Below the pieces are notes generated by a model. That model saw nothing but the letters and a program-made list of their open reading frames with translations. It had not been told where the DNA came from and did no database searches. 64,000 nt of DNA. It comes from Neovahlkampfia damariscottae. Taxonomy: Eukaryota. Below, piece by piece: positions 1 through 10,392 of this stretch. Every line of letters begins with the position of its first letter. Position 1 is the stretch's first letter. Where the stretch lies: the NCBI GenBank assembly GCA_016618085.1, contig JABLTG010000021.1:1-64000 (forward strand), given 5' to 3'. The translations under genes were made by a program, and so were the position numbers.

Positions 1-130
1 CAAGAATTAAAATCAGCTTCTGTGAATTGGATTATTGAATTTGTTGAACTTGGAGGAATTGGTAACAAATAAAATTAAAACTAATTTTTAAAAGATGCAA
101 TTGGAAGTATTTTAAGCAATACCAATCATG
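1..130 (+). pseudogene. Fragment of a formin GBD/FH3-like coding region (enters from upstream of the window, truncated at ~130)
   Basis: QELKSASVNWIIEFVELGGI-(intron 62-94 GT..AG)-DAIGSILSNTN resembles the formin GTPase-binding domain W..EF...GG motif. The frame then runs into the antisense of a sirtuin fragment and stops at TGA 247-249. Confidence 0.45.
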
Positions 131-612
131 ATATGTTTTCTGTAATCACCAACAGTTTTTGTGACATCAAAATAACGAAGGTATTCTTTCTTACAATCCA
201 CACAATACTCTTTATAACAGTTTCCATGAAGCTCAGAAAGTTCTTCTGAAGTTAATCCTGATCTACGATGTAATCCATCAACATTGGTACTACAAACATG
301 GTGAATTTTCTTTTTTTTTCATCAATTCAACTAAAGCGTAATGTGAGTAAGTTGGAAATGCTTGTTCAATTGAAATTCCTTTTGGTACTTTTCCAGAATC
401 ACGAAGTGTCCATGCTCCAGTTGGTCCACGATAATCAGGTATTTTAGCAGATGTGGAAATACCTGCTCCTGTATAAACTGAAGTGTGACTGGAATTCTTT
501 AATAATTTTGCTGGACATGAAGTTTTATTGTTTTTTCATCTTCAAAGTATTCTGTTATTTCTTCTTCTGTATCATGTGATGTTGAACCTGGAATTTTATC
601 ACGTGTTGTCAT
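130..612 (-). pseudogene. Class IV (SIRT6/7-like) sirtuin, frameshifted and 3'-truncated
   Basis: ATG at 612. Motifs VYTGAGISTSAKIPDYRGPTGAWT, STNVDGLHRRSG and ELHGNCYKEYCVDC lie in different frames, with breaks near 510 and at the A-run near 311-319. The second Zn-binding Cys pair and C-terminal half are missing. Confidence 0.8.
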
Positions 613-983
613 TGCTATTTTTGTGAATGGTTTTTGCCTACCTGAGTTTTTAAATACATGAGGTTTTAAAAATAGATTTTACAAGCCAATCAACAAGGAC
701 TGCAGTCAAAGTCTTGTTCCAGTCAATTTGGAATTAGAATGGAATACTTTTTGTTTAAAAAATCTGTTGATACATTAGATGATTTGTTCATTTATATAAT
801 TTTTCTTCCATTCATTATTATTGGAAGATGTTTTCTTGAAGTGTTTCGTGTGAAAGAGAAAGAAAAAAAATAAACCTTTTTGAAGTCAAGATTATAGACA
901 CTCTTGATTTAGGTTAATTTGTACTCTTAGAAATCATCCAATCAATTAAAAACCTCTCACAAAGTTTGCAACAAATAAAGGGC

Positions 984-1767
984 ATGAGTGACAGCAGATC
1001 TGATACATTGGGTGATATCATGGTTAATGTATTTTTTGCACCATGGAAGGCAGCTATATTCTGTTGAAGGATTCTTGACGGCAACTTTTTTTTTTATTTT
1101 CATAAGTTGGGTTTACTCCTTTCTTTCTTCAGAAATGACTTTAAGAACTCCACCAAACTTATTTTCAGACAGATTATCACCAATAAATAGAAAATCAATT
1201 CAAGTTGACCCTCAATACTTTCAAACTGAAATGGGAGAATACAAAAAGATTCAAAAATAATAGACCTTGGATGTGGGAGTGGATTTATCACTGAATTCAT
1301 CTCTAAACAAAGATTCAAACATGTGACAGGATTAGATATTTCAGGAGAAGCTATTGATCTTGCACAAGAGAAAGATAAAAAATCAAAATATATTCTTGCT
1401 TCTATTAATAATATACCATTAAAAGATGAGTCAATGGATGTGGTCATTATGACAGATGTCCTTCCTTTTTTATTGAATTTGAAAAGAACTTTCAAAGAAA
1501 TTCGAAGAATTTTGAAACCAAATGGACTTTTGATATTTGATTCAATTTCAAGAACATACTTATAATATGTTACATTACAGCCATTCATATCCAAAAACAT
1601 CTTTTGATTATCGATTGTTCGTCACTCCTCAAGAAGTAAAGAAACTATTCAAAGAATTTGATTTTGAAATGGAAGAAATTCAAGGGATTGAAAATAAATC
1701 AGTTTCGAAATTGTCAGAAAAAATTTCATTTTTATTTATTGGTTATGGAAAATTAATTAAAAAATAA
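984..1767 (+). pseudogene. UbiG/COQ3-like class I SAM methyltransferase remnant
   Basis: KIIDLGCGSG (motif I), VTGLDIS, RRILKPNGLLIFDSISRT, then in another frame FDYRLFVTPQEV. In-frame TAA at 1563-1565 and frameshifts near 1245 and 1565. Confidence 0.7.
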
Positions 1768-1789
1768 ATTTTTATTTACAAAATCGCGC

Positions 1790-2325
1790 ATTTATAGGAA
1801 AACAATTTTTCTTCAGTTTCTAATTTTGACACATTGAATAAACTAGAATACATTGAATATTCTAAATCAATTTTGAATGATTTGTTGTCTAATTGAATTT
1901 CCTTCTTTGTAAAGATAATTGAATCCTCATTGAATAAAAATAAGAAAATTCTAACTGATACGGTTGGCGAAGTGTTGATTGTATGTATTCCATCATTGAT
2001 TCATCATCAATGTATTTTGATCCAAGAACAACAAACGTTCCGTTCTTCATTAATTTCATTTTTAAATCAACATGACTCATCCTCTAAACCATACGGATTT
2101 TTTTTGATGATTTCTGTGGCAACCCTTTCATCTTTTTGAAGTAAATCAAATACATTTGAAGATAAATAGTTTAAGAAAATGTGGTTTCCTTTCATTCCTT
2201 CCAAAATTGCCAAACCCTTTCAATCGATATTTTGTAGAAATTACATTTCACAAAATTCCAATTGTTTCAATACTTTTGGTGTGTCACAGTACTTTGAAAA
2301 GTGATGTAACTTTTTCTTGAACCTT
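1790..2325 (-). pseudogene. Degenerate coding remnant with a DUF4116-like repeat (KDERVATEIIKKNPYGLE)
   Basis: Exon-intron-exon structure (GT..AG ~2244-2217), coding-like text, and a frameshift after GLE near 2082. Confidence 0.4.
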
Positions 2326-2377
2326 TTTTAACTGACGTTTTAATCAAAAAAATGTCAATTCTAAAATTGAACAAGAT

Positions 2378-5300
2378 TTATTTCAAAAATTGATTTGAAG
2401 TAACTTTTTGAAATTTCTTAACTTGCATAATTGATCCTTTTCTTGCATATGACACTTGATCTTCTTTATTTTTTTTGGATAACATTTCATAAAACATTTT
2501 CTTTTGTTGAACATTACTTTTAATATTAGGATTTAAAATAGATGCTCTCATATTTCTTCTTGACATTGGATCTGAAGTCATAAAACTCATATCATTTGAT
2601 GATGATGAAGGTCTTGATGATTTTTGATTTCTGAACATATCCGGTTTCTTTTTTAAATGAACAATTGGTTCAATAGATTCTTCAAAATCATCAATTTCTT
2701 TTTTTTTTTCAAATTCAACTGAAAAGTTTTCCATTTTCATTCTAAATTCTTTATCTTTTTCAATAATTTCAATTTCAGTTGCATCTTCATTATCTGCTAA
2801 CCAATCTAAGGTATCAATCACTTCCATTTTTATTAATTTCTTATTTTTAATTTCAATTTCTGTTAAATCATCTTCTTTTTGAATTCTTTTTTTCACTTTT
2901 CTTCCAAAATCAGTTAATGATTTCTTTGATTCTGCTTTTTTAATTAATTTTTCTGCTTCTTCAATAAATTCTTTTTTCTTATTTTCAAGATCATCTTCTG
3001 TTAATTTTTCATCATTCAAATCAATATTTTCAATAAAATCTAATAAATCATCTGAATTCTTATTCACTTTTTCTTTTTCTAATTCAGTAAGAAATTCACC
3101 TAAATCATCATCTTCAACTCTTTTTTTTAATTTTTTTCCAACTTCAACTATTCTTTTTTTTGCAGCTAATTTCAATATTCTTTCTGCTTCACCTAATATT
3201 TCAATTCTTTTCATTTTAATTTCTTCTTCAGTTGCATTTGGATTTTCTGCCATCCAATCTAAAAATTCTTGAGTTGATAAATCAATAATTCTTTTTTCTT
3301 CTTTTGTTAAAAATGGTGTTAAATCATCATCTTCAATTTCTTCATTTTGAATTCTTCTTTTCATTTTTCTTCCAAAATCTTTTAATTTCTTTTTTGTTTC
3401 TGCTTTTTTAATAATAACTTCAACTTCACCAAATATTTCAATTCTTTTTGCTTCAATTTCTTCTTCAGTTGCATTTTCATTTTCTTGCATCCAATTTAAG
3501 AATTCTTCTGTACCTTGATCAATTCTTCTTTTTTCATCTGATGTAAGATATGGACCTAAATCATCTTCATCTTCAACTCTTTTTCTTGATTTTCTTCCAA
3601 AATCATTTAATTTCTTTTTAGTTTTTGCTTTTTTAATTAATGTTTCTGTTTCTTCAAAAATTTCAATTTTCTTTTTTTCAATTTCTTCTTTATTTGAAAT
3701 ATCACAATCTTTCATCCAATTTAAAAAGTTTTCTGTTGCCAAATCAATTCTTTTCTTTTCTTCATTTGAAAGATATTCACCTAAATCTTCATCATTATCA
3801 ATTCTCTTTTTATAATTTCTTCCAAAATCTTTGAGTTTCTTTTTTGATTTTGCAATATTTTCAAGAGGTATGAGAATATCTAAAAATTCTTTTTCTTTTT
3901 TTTCCATTTCTATAATTTCAGAATTTGGATGTTCAGATAACCAATCAAGAAATGAATCAACACCAAGTGTAATTCTACCTTTTTCATCAATATTTAATTC
4001 AGATAATTCATCAGTTTCATCTTCCATTCTTTTTCTTGTTTTTCTACCAATATCATTTAATTTCTTTTTAGATTCAGCTTTTTTAATCATTTTTTCAACT
4101 CGACTATAAATTTCTTTTCTTTTTGCTTCAATTTCTTCTTTTGTAGCATTTTCATTTTCTTGCATCCAATCTAAAAATTCTTGATTGGTAAGATCAATTA
4201 TTTTCTTTTCATCTGAAGTGAGATATGGACCTAAATCATCATCATCTTCAACTCTTTTTTTTAATTTTCTTCTGTTATCCATTAATTTCTTCTTTGTTGC
4301 TTTTTTAATTGTTTCCTCTGCTTCTTTTAAAATTTCATCTCTTTTTTGTTCAATTTCTTCTTTAGTTGCATCTGATTTTTCTTCCATCCAATCTAATAAT
4401 TCATGAATTCCAAAATTAATTTCAGCTTTTTCATTTGATGTTAAATATGGTGCTAAATCATTATCATCTCTGATTCTTTTTCTTAATGTTTTTCCATAAT
4501 TTCCAATACTTTTTTTATCACATTTTTTTGTTTCTTCAACAATTTCATTTGAAATATCTTTGAAAGGTTCTCTTGTTTTTTCAACTGATATTTTAACTTC
4601 CGTTTCTACTTTTGGTTCAACTACAGAATCTTCTGTTTTCGTTTCAAATGATGCAGTTATTGATACATCAGGTTCAACAGGTGTCACAGGTGATAAATCT
4701 TGTTTTGTTTCAATTGGTGAAGGTGATAGTTGTGGTGGATTCATTGATAAATCTGAATTAGTTGCAGTTAAAATTCTTGTCTTTTTAGTTCTTCTAGATA
4801 TTTGAATTCTTGAATTATCTGGTTGATCTTCAATTTTTGGTGGAGTAGATTCAATAATTTGAGATCTTCTAATTTTCTTTGGTTTACTTAATTGAATCAA
4901 AGAAGATCTTTGTGGAAGTATCAATGAACCTGTACCAGTATTGATAATTGAATTTTTTGATGGAACAAGAGCTTTTTGTTTTTTTCTTCTGAATTTTGGT
5001 TTATCATCAAATATTGAATATACTTTTGAAGCTCTTTCATTTAATTCATTCATTTTAGAATCAACATCTTCTTCATCACTGAAAATAGTAACTAGTGATG
5101 ATATATTTTCCATATTCGTTTTTAATTCATCAACCATTGAACCTAAACCTGGTGGATAAACAGCTGTATCCTTAAGGTCTTCTAAAAGTTCCTCAATTCT
5201 TAATATCTTTTCAAGAATCTTTTCGCATTGAATAAAGAAAGAATCTTTCTTTTCTTCATATTGTACTAATTCTAATAAATTACTTCCTAATTTCATTCTT

Positions 5301-6235
5301 TCTTGTCTTTTAAATATTAATTTATCACTTTTTTCAAGATCAGAAATTAATTTTTCATCAATTTCAATTAATAAATCATACATTTTTTTTGTTTTCTTTT
5401 GTGCTTCTTTTTCAATTTCTTTTGTTTGAATTGGTTTATTTCTTTGTTCTTCATCTTCTTTTAATAATGCTCTTAAATTTTTTAATTTTTCTGGTTTTCT
5501 TGTTCTTCTTCTTGAAAGTATCATTTTAGTTTCTTCTTCACTTTCTTCTTGTTCTTCTTCTTCCATTTTAACCATTGTCTTTTGATATCTCATTAAAATT
5601 GAATTTTCAATTGTAGGTATTTCAGAAAGATCAACTTCAACAGCATAATTTTCTTCTTCAAGAAAATCTAAATTAATTTCATGTTCTAAAATTTCTTCTG
5701 GTTTATTTTCATTTGGATTAAATTCAAGTATTTTTAAAATATCAGTTAATTCTTTTGAATTAATAACTGAAGATAATTTTTCATTCATTGATTCAATTGG
5801 ATTATCTGAAAGTTTTATAGCTTGTAAATTATCTAAATTTGAGAATTCATTTTGTGGAAGAATTGAAATATTATTAAAACTTAAATCAAGTTTTTTTAAT
5901 TTTTTACAATTTTCTAATCCACCAGATGAAACTTCATAAATTGAATTATGATCCAATAATAAAACTTCAAGGTTAATTAATTGACATATTTCTTGTGGTA
6001 TTTTTGTTAACTTATTATAACTTAAATGAATAACTTTTAAATTTTTCATAAACTCAAAAAATGTTTGAGGTAAAAGTTTGATACAGTTTGAAGATAAATA
6101 TAAATTAATAACTTCTTGTTTTTTATAAAGAGTTTCTGGTATATTTGATATACCTTCTCCTGTTAATTCAATTTCATATTCAGAGAATTCCATTAAAGAG
6201 TTGTCAACTCCTTCATCCTCTTGCATAAAAAACAT
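2378..6235 (-). CDS. N-terminal LRR protein with coiled-coil/low-complexity linker and 8 tandem Hsp70-lid-like repeats
   Basis: Intronless ORF of ~1285 aa (ATG 6235 or 6226). LxxLxLxxN repeats at the N-terminus; eight ~75-aa repeats (DDLGPYLTSDEK...EFLDWMQENENATKEEIEAKRKEI) at ~4520-2730. Confidence 0.9.
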   Translation of the reverse strand: MFFMQEDEGVDNSLMEFSEYEIELTGEGISNIPETLYKKQEVINLYLSSNCIKLLPQTFFEFMKNLKVIHLSYNKLTKIPQEICQLINLEVLLLDHNSIYEVSSGGLENCKKLKKLDLSFNNISILPQNEFSNLDNLQAIKLSDNPIESMNEKLSSVINSKELTDILKILEFNPNENKPEEILEHEINLDFLEEENYAVEVDLSEIPTIENSILMRYQKTMVKMEEEEQEESEEETKMILSRRRTRKPEKLKNLRALLKEDEEQRNKPIQTKEIEKEAQKKTKKMYDLLIEIDEKLISDLEKSDKLIFKRQERMKLGSNLLELVQYEEKKDSFFIQCEKILEKILRIEELLEDLKDTAVYPPGLGSMVDELKTNMENISSLVTIFSDEEDVDSKMNELNERASKVYSIFDDKPKFRRKKQKALVPSKNSIINTGTGSLILPQRSSLIQLSKPKKIRRSQIIESTPPKIEDQPDNSRIQISRRTKKTRILTATNSDLSMNPPQLSPSPIETKQDLSPVTPVEPDVSITASFETKTEDSVVEPKVETEVKISVEKTREPFKDISNEIVEETKKCDKKSIGNYGKTLRKRIRDDNDLAPYLTSNEKAEINFGIHELLDWMEEKSDATKEEIEQKRDEILKEAEETIKKATKKKLMDNRRKLKKRVEDDDDLGPYLTSDEKKIIDLTNQEFLDWMQENENATKEEIEAKRKEIYSRVEKMIKKAESKKKLNDIGRKTRKRMEDETDELSELNIDEKGRITLGVDSFLDWLSEHPNSEIIEMEKKEKEFLDILIPLENIAKSKKKLKDFGRNYKKRIDNDEDLGEYLSNEEKKRIDLATENFLNWMKDCDISNKEEIEKKKIEIFEETETLIKKAKTKKKLNDFGRKSRKRVEDEDDLGPYLTSDEKRRIDQGTEEFLNWMQENENATEEEIEAKRIEIFGEVEVIIKKAETKKKLKDFGRKMKRRIQNEEIEDDDLTPFLTKEEKRIIDLSTQEFLDWMAENPNATEEEIKMKRIEILGEAERILKLAAKKRIVEVGKKLKKRVEDDDLGEFLTELEKEKVNKNSDDLLDFIENIDLNDEKLTEDDLENKKKEFIEEAEKLIKKAESKKSLTDFGRKVKKRIQKEDDLTEIEIKNKKLIKMEVIDTLDWLADNEDATEIEIIEKDKEFRMKMENFSVEFEKKKEIDDFEESIEPIVHLKKKPDMFRNQKSSRPSSSSNDMSFMTSDPMSRRNMRASILNPNIKSNVQQKKMFYEMLSKKNKEDQVSYARKGSIMQVKKFQKVTSNQFLK
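2730..4520 (-). repeat. Eight tandem ~225-bp coding repeats (Hsp70 C-terminal helical lid-like)
   Basis: Repeat unit KKKLxDFGRKxKKRxEDDDLGxYLTxxEKxxIDxxTxEFLDWMxENxNATxEEIExKxxEI is visible 8 times in the translation. Confidence 0.9.
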
Positions 6236-6280
6236 TTTGGTTACTTTAACCAATGAAAACAATTTTAGTTTTTTTAACCA
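6236..6280. promoter_or_regulatory. ~45-bp bidirectional promoter with CCAAT boxes
   Basis: aaCCAATg at ~6250 and aaCCAATgg at ~6278 lie between divergent starts 6235 (-) and 6281 (+). Confidence 0.55.
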
Positions 6281-7915
6281 ATGGAAGTTTACCGTTTCAA
6301 TGCTTCACTGAATTGGGATAGTGAACATGATGCAAACCCATGGGATTTAAGTTATGCAAATATTGATATTGGATTTAATTTATTTCCAACAGACAGAATT
6401 CAAATACCTGTTACGTATTTTTTTAAAAAATAAATAACTTTTTTAGTTATTTTCAGGATGAATATGGTAAGAATTCATGGTCTATCGGTTCAGAATTATT
6501 TTATAATTTTTCACCAAATGGAAGATATATAGAAGAAGATGAAAATATAATTCAAGATGAAGTGTAATATAAATTAATATTTAATTCAACTTAGAAACCA
6601 AGAATATTTTTCAGTTTGGGAATCTTTTTATAATGAATACTTTAAAAATAATCCTTCAACACCACAAAAATATTCCAAATTAAATAGAAAATCAATTCTT
6701 CCACCTCCGAACAATGAAAATATTTTTGAACCAACATTTCAAAAAGAAAATGAGTCTAAAAAAGAAAATGAAAATGAAATTAGAAAAGAAATTTATCCAA
6801 GAGAAAAATTAATTGAATTCTTTGATGACTTTCAAGGTGTATTCAAATTATATTTTCAAAAGACTTTGGACTCCAATACCATTCAAACTATTTTAGTGAA
6901 TCACATGTTTACAACAATAGGTAAATTATTAATTAAAAACTAAAAGATTTTAAAAGGAAAGAGAAATAGATTTGGTGCAAACATTGGATTGAATACATTC
7001 ACTAAAAAAATATTTGATAAGTTTTGGTATAAAAGAACGATAGGAGATTATTCAAATCCATTTTATTTCATCACATCAGTTGTAAATCCTCATTTAAATG
7101 ATATGGTATCAACAATTCCAAATTTGATTAATTCTTTTTTAATAGATTTCTTCAATTGGATATGGTACAAGAGGAGTTTGGTTAAATTTCAAACATTCTA
7201 TTAACAATAATATATTTTCAATTTCGAAGAGATCATTTTGGACACCATTTTCCAGAGAATTTCAACAAAAAAATCTTGAAAATTGGAAAATTTATTATGA
7301 TGAAGAAGGTATTGTTCAAGAAATGCCATTACCACCAACAATCGAATATTATTTACCACCTGAAATGGAAATGAAAGACTGGAAATATTTCAATTTTTTT
7401 AGAAATATTATTCATCAAGTATCAAAAATATTTAGATATTTTATTGATGTTCAATCTTCATCACTTCAAACTTCACTGCAAGATGTATGGTCATTAAAAA
7501 CATGGAATGCTTCTTTTTGGAAGAAATATTATGAACAAATGTATATATTTTCTTCTGGATTTTTATCAAGATTTTCATTTGAATTCAATTGGAATAAATC
7601 AATTCGTATTCCATTTGATATGCATTGGGTAACAAAAAAAGTATTGGGTTTATTCTAAAATTTGAAAAGGGTTGTGATTTATTTAGAGTTTGGTTATTAT
7701 TAGATATTTATTGGGAAAATATTGAAGGAAATTGGTTACCAAAGCATAAAGCAATTATTGCTGTCACCTGTATTCTATTTCAATTGTTGTTTAATTTTCT
7801 TTTAGTGTATGAAATTTATACTTTATGTGAATATACATTGTCTTTAAATCCTTTAATTCAAAAATTTATATCATTTTGGAAGAAAATTCGTCATTTTTTC
7901 AAAAAAACAATTTGA
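6281..7915 (+). CDS. Hypothetical multi-exon protein with C-terminal hydrophobic segment
   Basis: ATG 6281 after a CCAAT box; continuous frame across ~5 short GT-AG introns (e.g. ~6415, 6564, 6921, 7181, 7629) links ORFs 6989, 7323 and 7625. Confidence 0.6.
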
Positions 7916-7951
7916 ATATTTTTGGATGTTAAGATTTTTACCCAATAGAAA

Positions 7952-8500
7952 ATGAGCCATGAAAAAACTGAAGAAAAAGTTTTCAATGATGACTCAAGAA
8001 TTGTTTATGAAACAGAAGAGATGACAACTGACCAAAAAGATATCTTAGAAAAATACTCAGAATATGGTGAAGTAAAAGAAGTGGAGAGTTTAATTGTGAG
8101 AAAGAAAGGTGTGAAATTTATTTTAAGATTTTTGGTTCACTTCAAATCAAAAGATTCTATCATTAAAGCTATCAATGATAACCGTAAATTATATATAGAA
8201 AGAAAAGAAAAATCAATAACTCTTCAAAGAAAAGAAGTTGATAATTTGGAACATACTTTTGCTCTTTTTATCAAATTTGGAAAGATTGAAGAAATATTTC
8301 ACAAACAAATCCATTTTGACGATATCACTGTTATATTTGAAGATGTTGAAAGTTTAGAGGAGGCAAATACTTTCGCAGAAAAATTAAAAACTATGTTTTA
8401 TGGAGCAAAATCAAATAAAAAAGATGTAAAGGATAAAAAAGAAAAAAGAAAAGCAACAAAAGAAAGTAAAGAATCAGAAAAGAAAAAAATAAAAAAATAA
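7952..8500 (+). CDS. RRM-like RNA-binding protein with Lys-rich tail
   Basis: Two degenerate RRM-like segments (YSEYGEVKEV..FLVHFKS; LFIKFGKIEEI..ITVIFED); CCAAT 10 nt upstream of ATG. Confidence 0.6.
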   Translation: MSHEKTEEKVFNDDSRIVYETEEMTTDQKDILEKYSEYGEVKEVESLIVRKKGVKFILRFLVHFKSKDSIIKAINDNRKLYIERKEKSITLQRKEVDNLEHTFALFIKFGKIEEIFHKQIHFDDITVIFEDVESLEEANTFAEKLKTMFYGAKSNKKDVKDKKEKRKATKESKESEKKKIKK

Positions 8501-8544
8501 ATTCTTTCATGTATACGTTTAAAATAAAATGATCCAATCAAAAG

Positions 8545-9720
8545 GATGTAAGCAGAAGAGAAAGTGCACCACATCAAGCAGCTAAATATGTCCAAAATAT
8601 TTAGCAGAGAAATTATTTGTTTCTACTTTGACTTTCACTTCTTGTAAGTCATTTCCTTAAGGTTAGTGTGAAATGTTTCTTTTAAAAAAATAGGAAAATC
8701 AAAAAGTACATATAATTCAAATTGTGGACATAGTATAACACTTGTATCATTAAACTACATTCTTGGGTCTACAATTCACCCAATAAATTGTGTTGAAATC
8801 AACAAAGAGTTGTTAGTTTTTGAAGTTTTCTTATTGTTGGAATTTATTTATTACCAGAGAACGAACCAATTCTGACTCATTCAGTCCAATTTCTTCAAAA
8901 TGGATTGAGTTTCCAACTTTTTCAGAGAACCTTGTCACATTACAAAAATCACAAAATATTTATTATAAAAATATATTTCAATCTTCAACAAAACCAACTA
9001 TTATTTTGTAATATTATTTCCATGAAAGCATTATTTCATTTAATCCAATTCAACTTCAACCATCAGATTTAATTGATCCAAATGACTACTCAGGAACTCA
9101 ACAGACTAAAATTAAAATTAATTTACAATTTCGGAGTTTGGACATTATCAAAAGAGTAGAATATGCAGAAACAGATTTTTTATCATTTTTATCTTCTTTA
9201 GGTGGATTTTTTGGTATTTTAAAAATATCAATGTTACTTGCTTCATTATTTGAATATTCTTATGAAACAATAAGGGAACAAAAATCACAAATTGATGATG
9301 TTATAAAAGGAATATCAGGTGAGTATGTTGAATCTTCAAACAGCATTAACCAGATACATACAAGTCACTAAAGAAAAGAAAGTTGTTCAAACTCCACAAA
9401 TTATTGAAATTGAATTGAAGGAGAAAGAGAAGAGAATATCTCAAGAAGAAATCGAAAATATTCAGGATATTGAAGGATATTCTTCCAATTCTCCAAAAAG
9501 AAGTCCTAAAAGAAGAAATTGATAATTCTGCAAATGAGTCATTGGAAGAAAAAAATGATACCACGTAAAGGGATTGAAGATGTTGAACAAAAGACTGTGA
9601 AACATTTAGACGAATCTGATACAAAAAATGAAGAAAAATTGCTGAAAAATCAAAAAGAAAATAATCTCAATGTATCCAAGAGGTTCCAGAAGTGGAATCA
9701 AACATGAAAATTGAATAAAT
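8545..9720 (+). pseudogene. Decayed two-TM, channel-like membrane protein gene
   Basis: Segment VEYAETDFLSFLSSLGGFFGILKISMLLASLFE resembles a pre-TM2/TM2 region. In-frame TAA at 9009-9011, and the C-terminal tail is split over three frames (9371, 9522, 9707). Confidence 0.5.
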
Positions 9721-9772
9721 TAAAAACACAGAAATTTGTTATTTTCTTCCAAAATTTTCATTGGATAACAGA

Positions 9773-10021
9773 ATGCTTTCCATTGAAATAGAAAAAGTGG
9801 ATAGTGAACATTCACTCAGCTCCGAGGAATCAACAATACCAATAATAGTAGATTCAAATAAAAATGAAGAAGAAGAAAGTGTATTTGTACAATTAGTCAA
9901 GACAATAAATCAACTGGAAAGATGGCAAATAATTTATTTGACTGTAATTTTATTAATGATCATAATAGCTGGATATATTTTATATGAAATTGTGATAAAT
10001 AGATTCCTTGTAACTATTTGA
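9773..10021 (+). CDS. Small single-pass membrane protein
   Basis: ATTGG at 9760 then ATG 9773; C-terminal TM segment IIYLTVILLMIIIAGYILY. Confidence 0.5.
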   Translation: MLSIEIEKVDSEHSLSSEESTIPIIVDSNKNEEEESVFVQLVKTINQLERWQIIYLTVILLMIIIAGYILYEIVINRFLVTI

Positions 10022-10045
10022 TCTAAAAAAAAATAAATTAATTAT

Positions 10046-10330
10046 TTATTCTGCAAAAAATAAAATATGGATACACATTCCTAAACATGAAAGAGATATA
10101 TAAGGTGATAATCTTTCTCCTATCCTTGCAAATTTCCAAAAAATACCTCCAACACTGAAAAATTAAAAAAAAATAAAAAAATACCCAGTTTTTCTTCTGT
10201 CTAATAATTGAGGACTGTAGGCATGGACATATGAACAAGTACAAATCATCAATATTAGTAATAATAATACTCTATCAAATCGAAAAAGAACCAAAGACTA
10301 AAAATTAAAAAAACAGCTACAACAAACCAT
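10046..10330 (-). CDS. TMEM167: Protein kish (TMEM167 family), 3 exons; missed by the ORF track
   Basis: Spliced product M|SLVLFRFDRVLLLLILMICTCSYVHAYSPQLLDRRKTG|VGGIFWKFARIGERLSPYISLSCLGMCIHILFFAE matches the kish motifs ICTCxY and FWKxARIGERxSPY. Confidence 0.93.
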
Positions 10331-10392
10331 CAAACAAAAAGTTCAAACAAAACTGTCCAATAGAAAATAGAAAAAAAATTAAATTTAAAAAG

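Noticed and set aside
1563..9011. In-frame TAA codons (1563, 9009) suggesting stop-codon reassignment
   Set aside because: Conserved genes (Hsp70, AMT1, RPB8, ArgRS) end at TAA in the expected place, and these stops sit in loci that also carry frameshifts.
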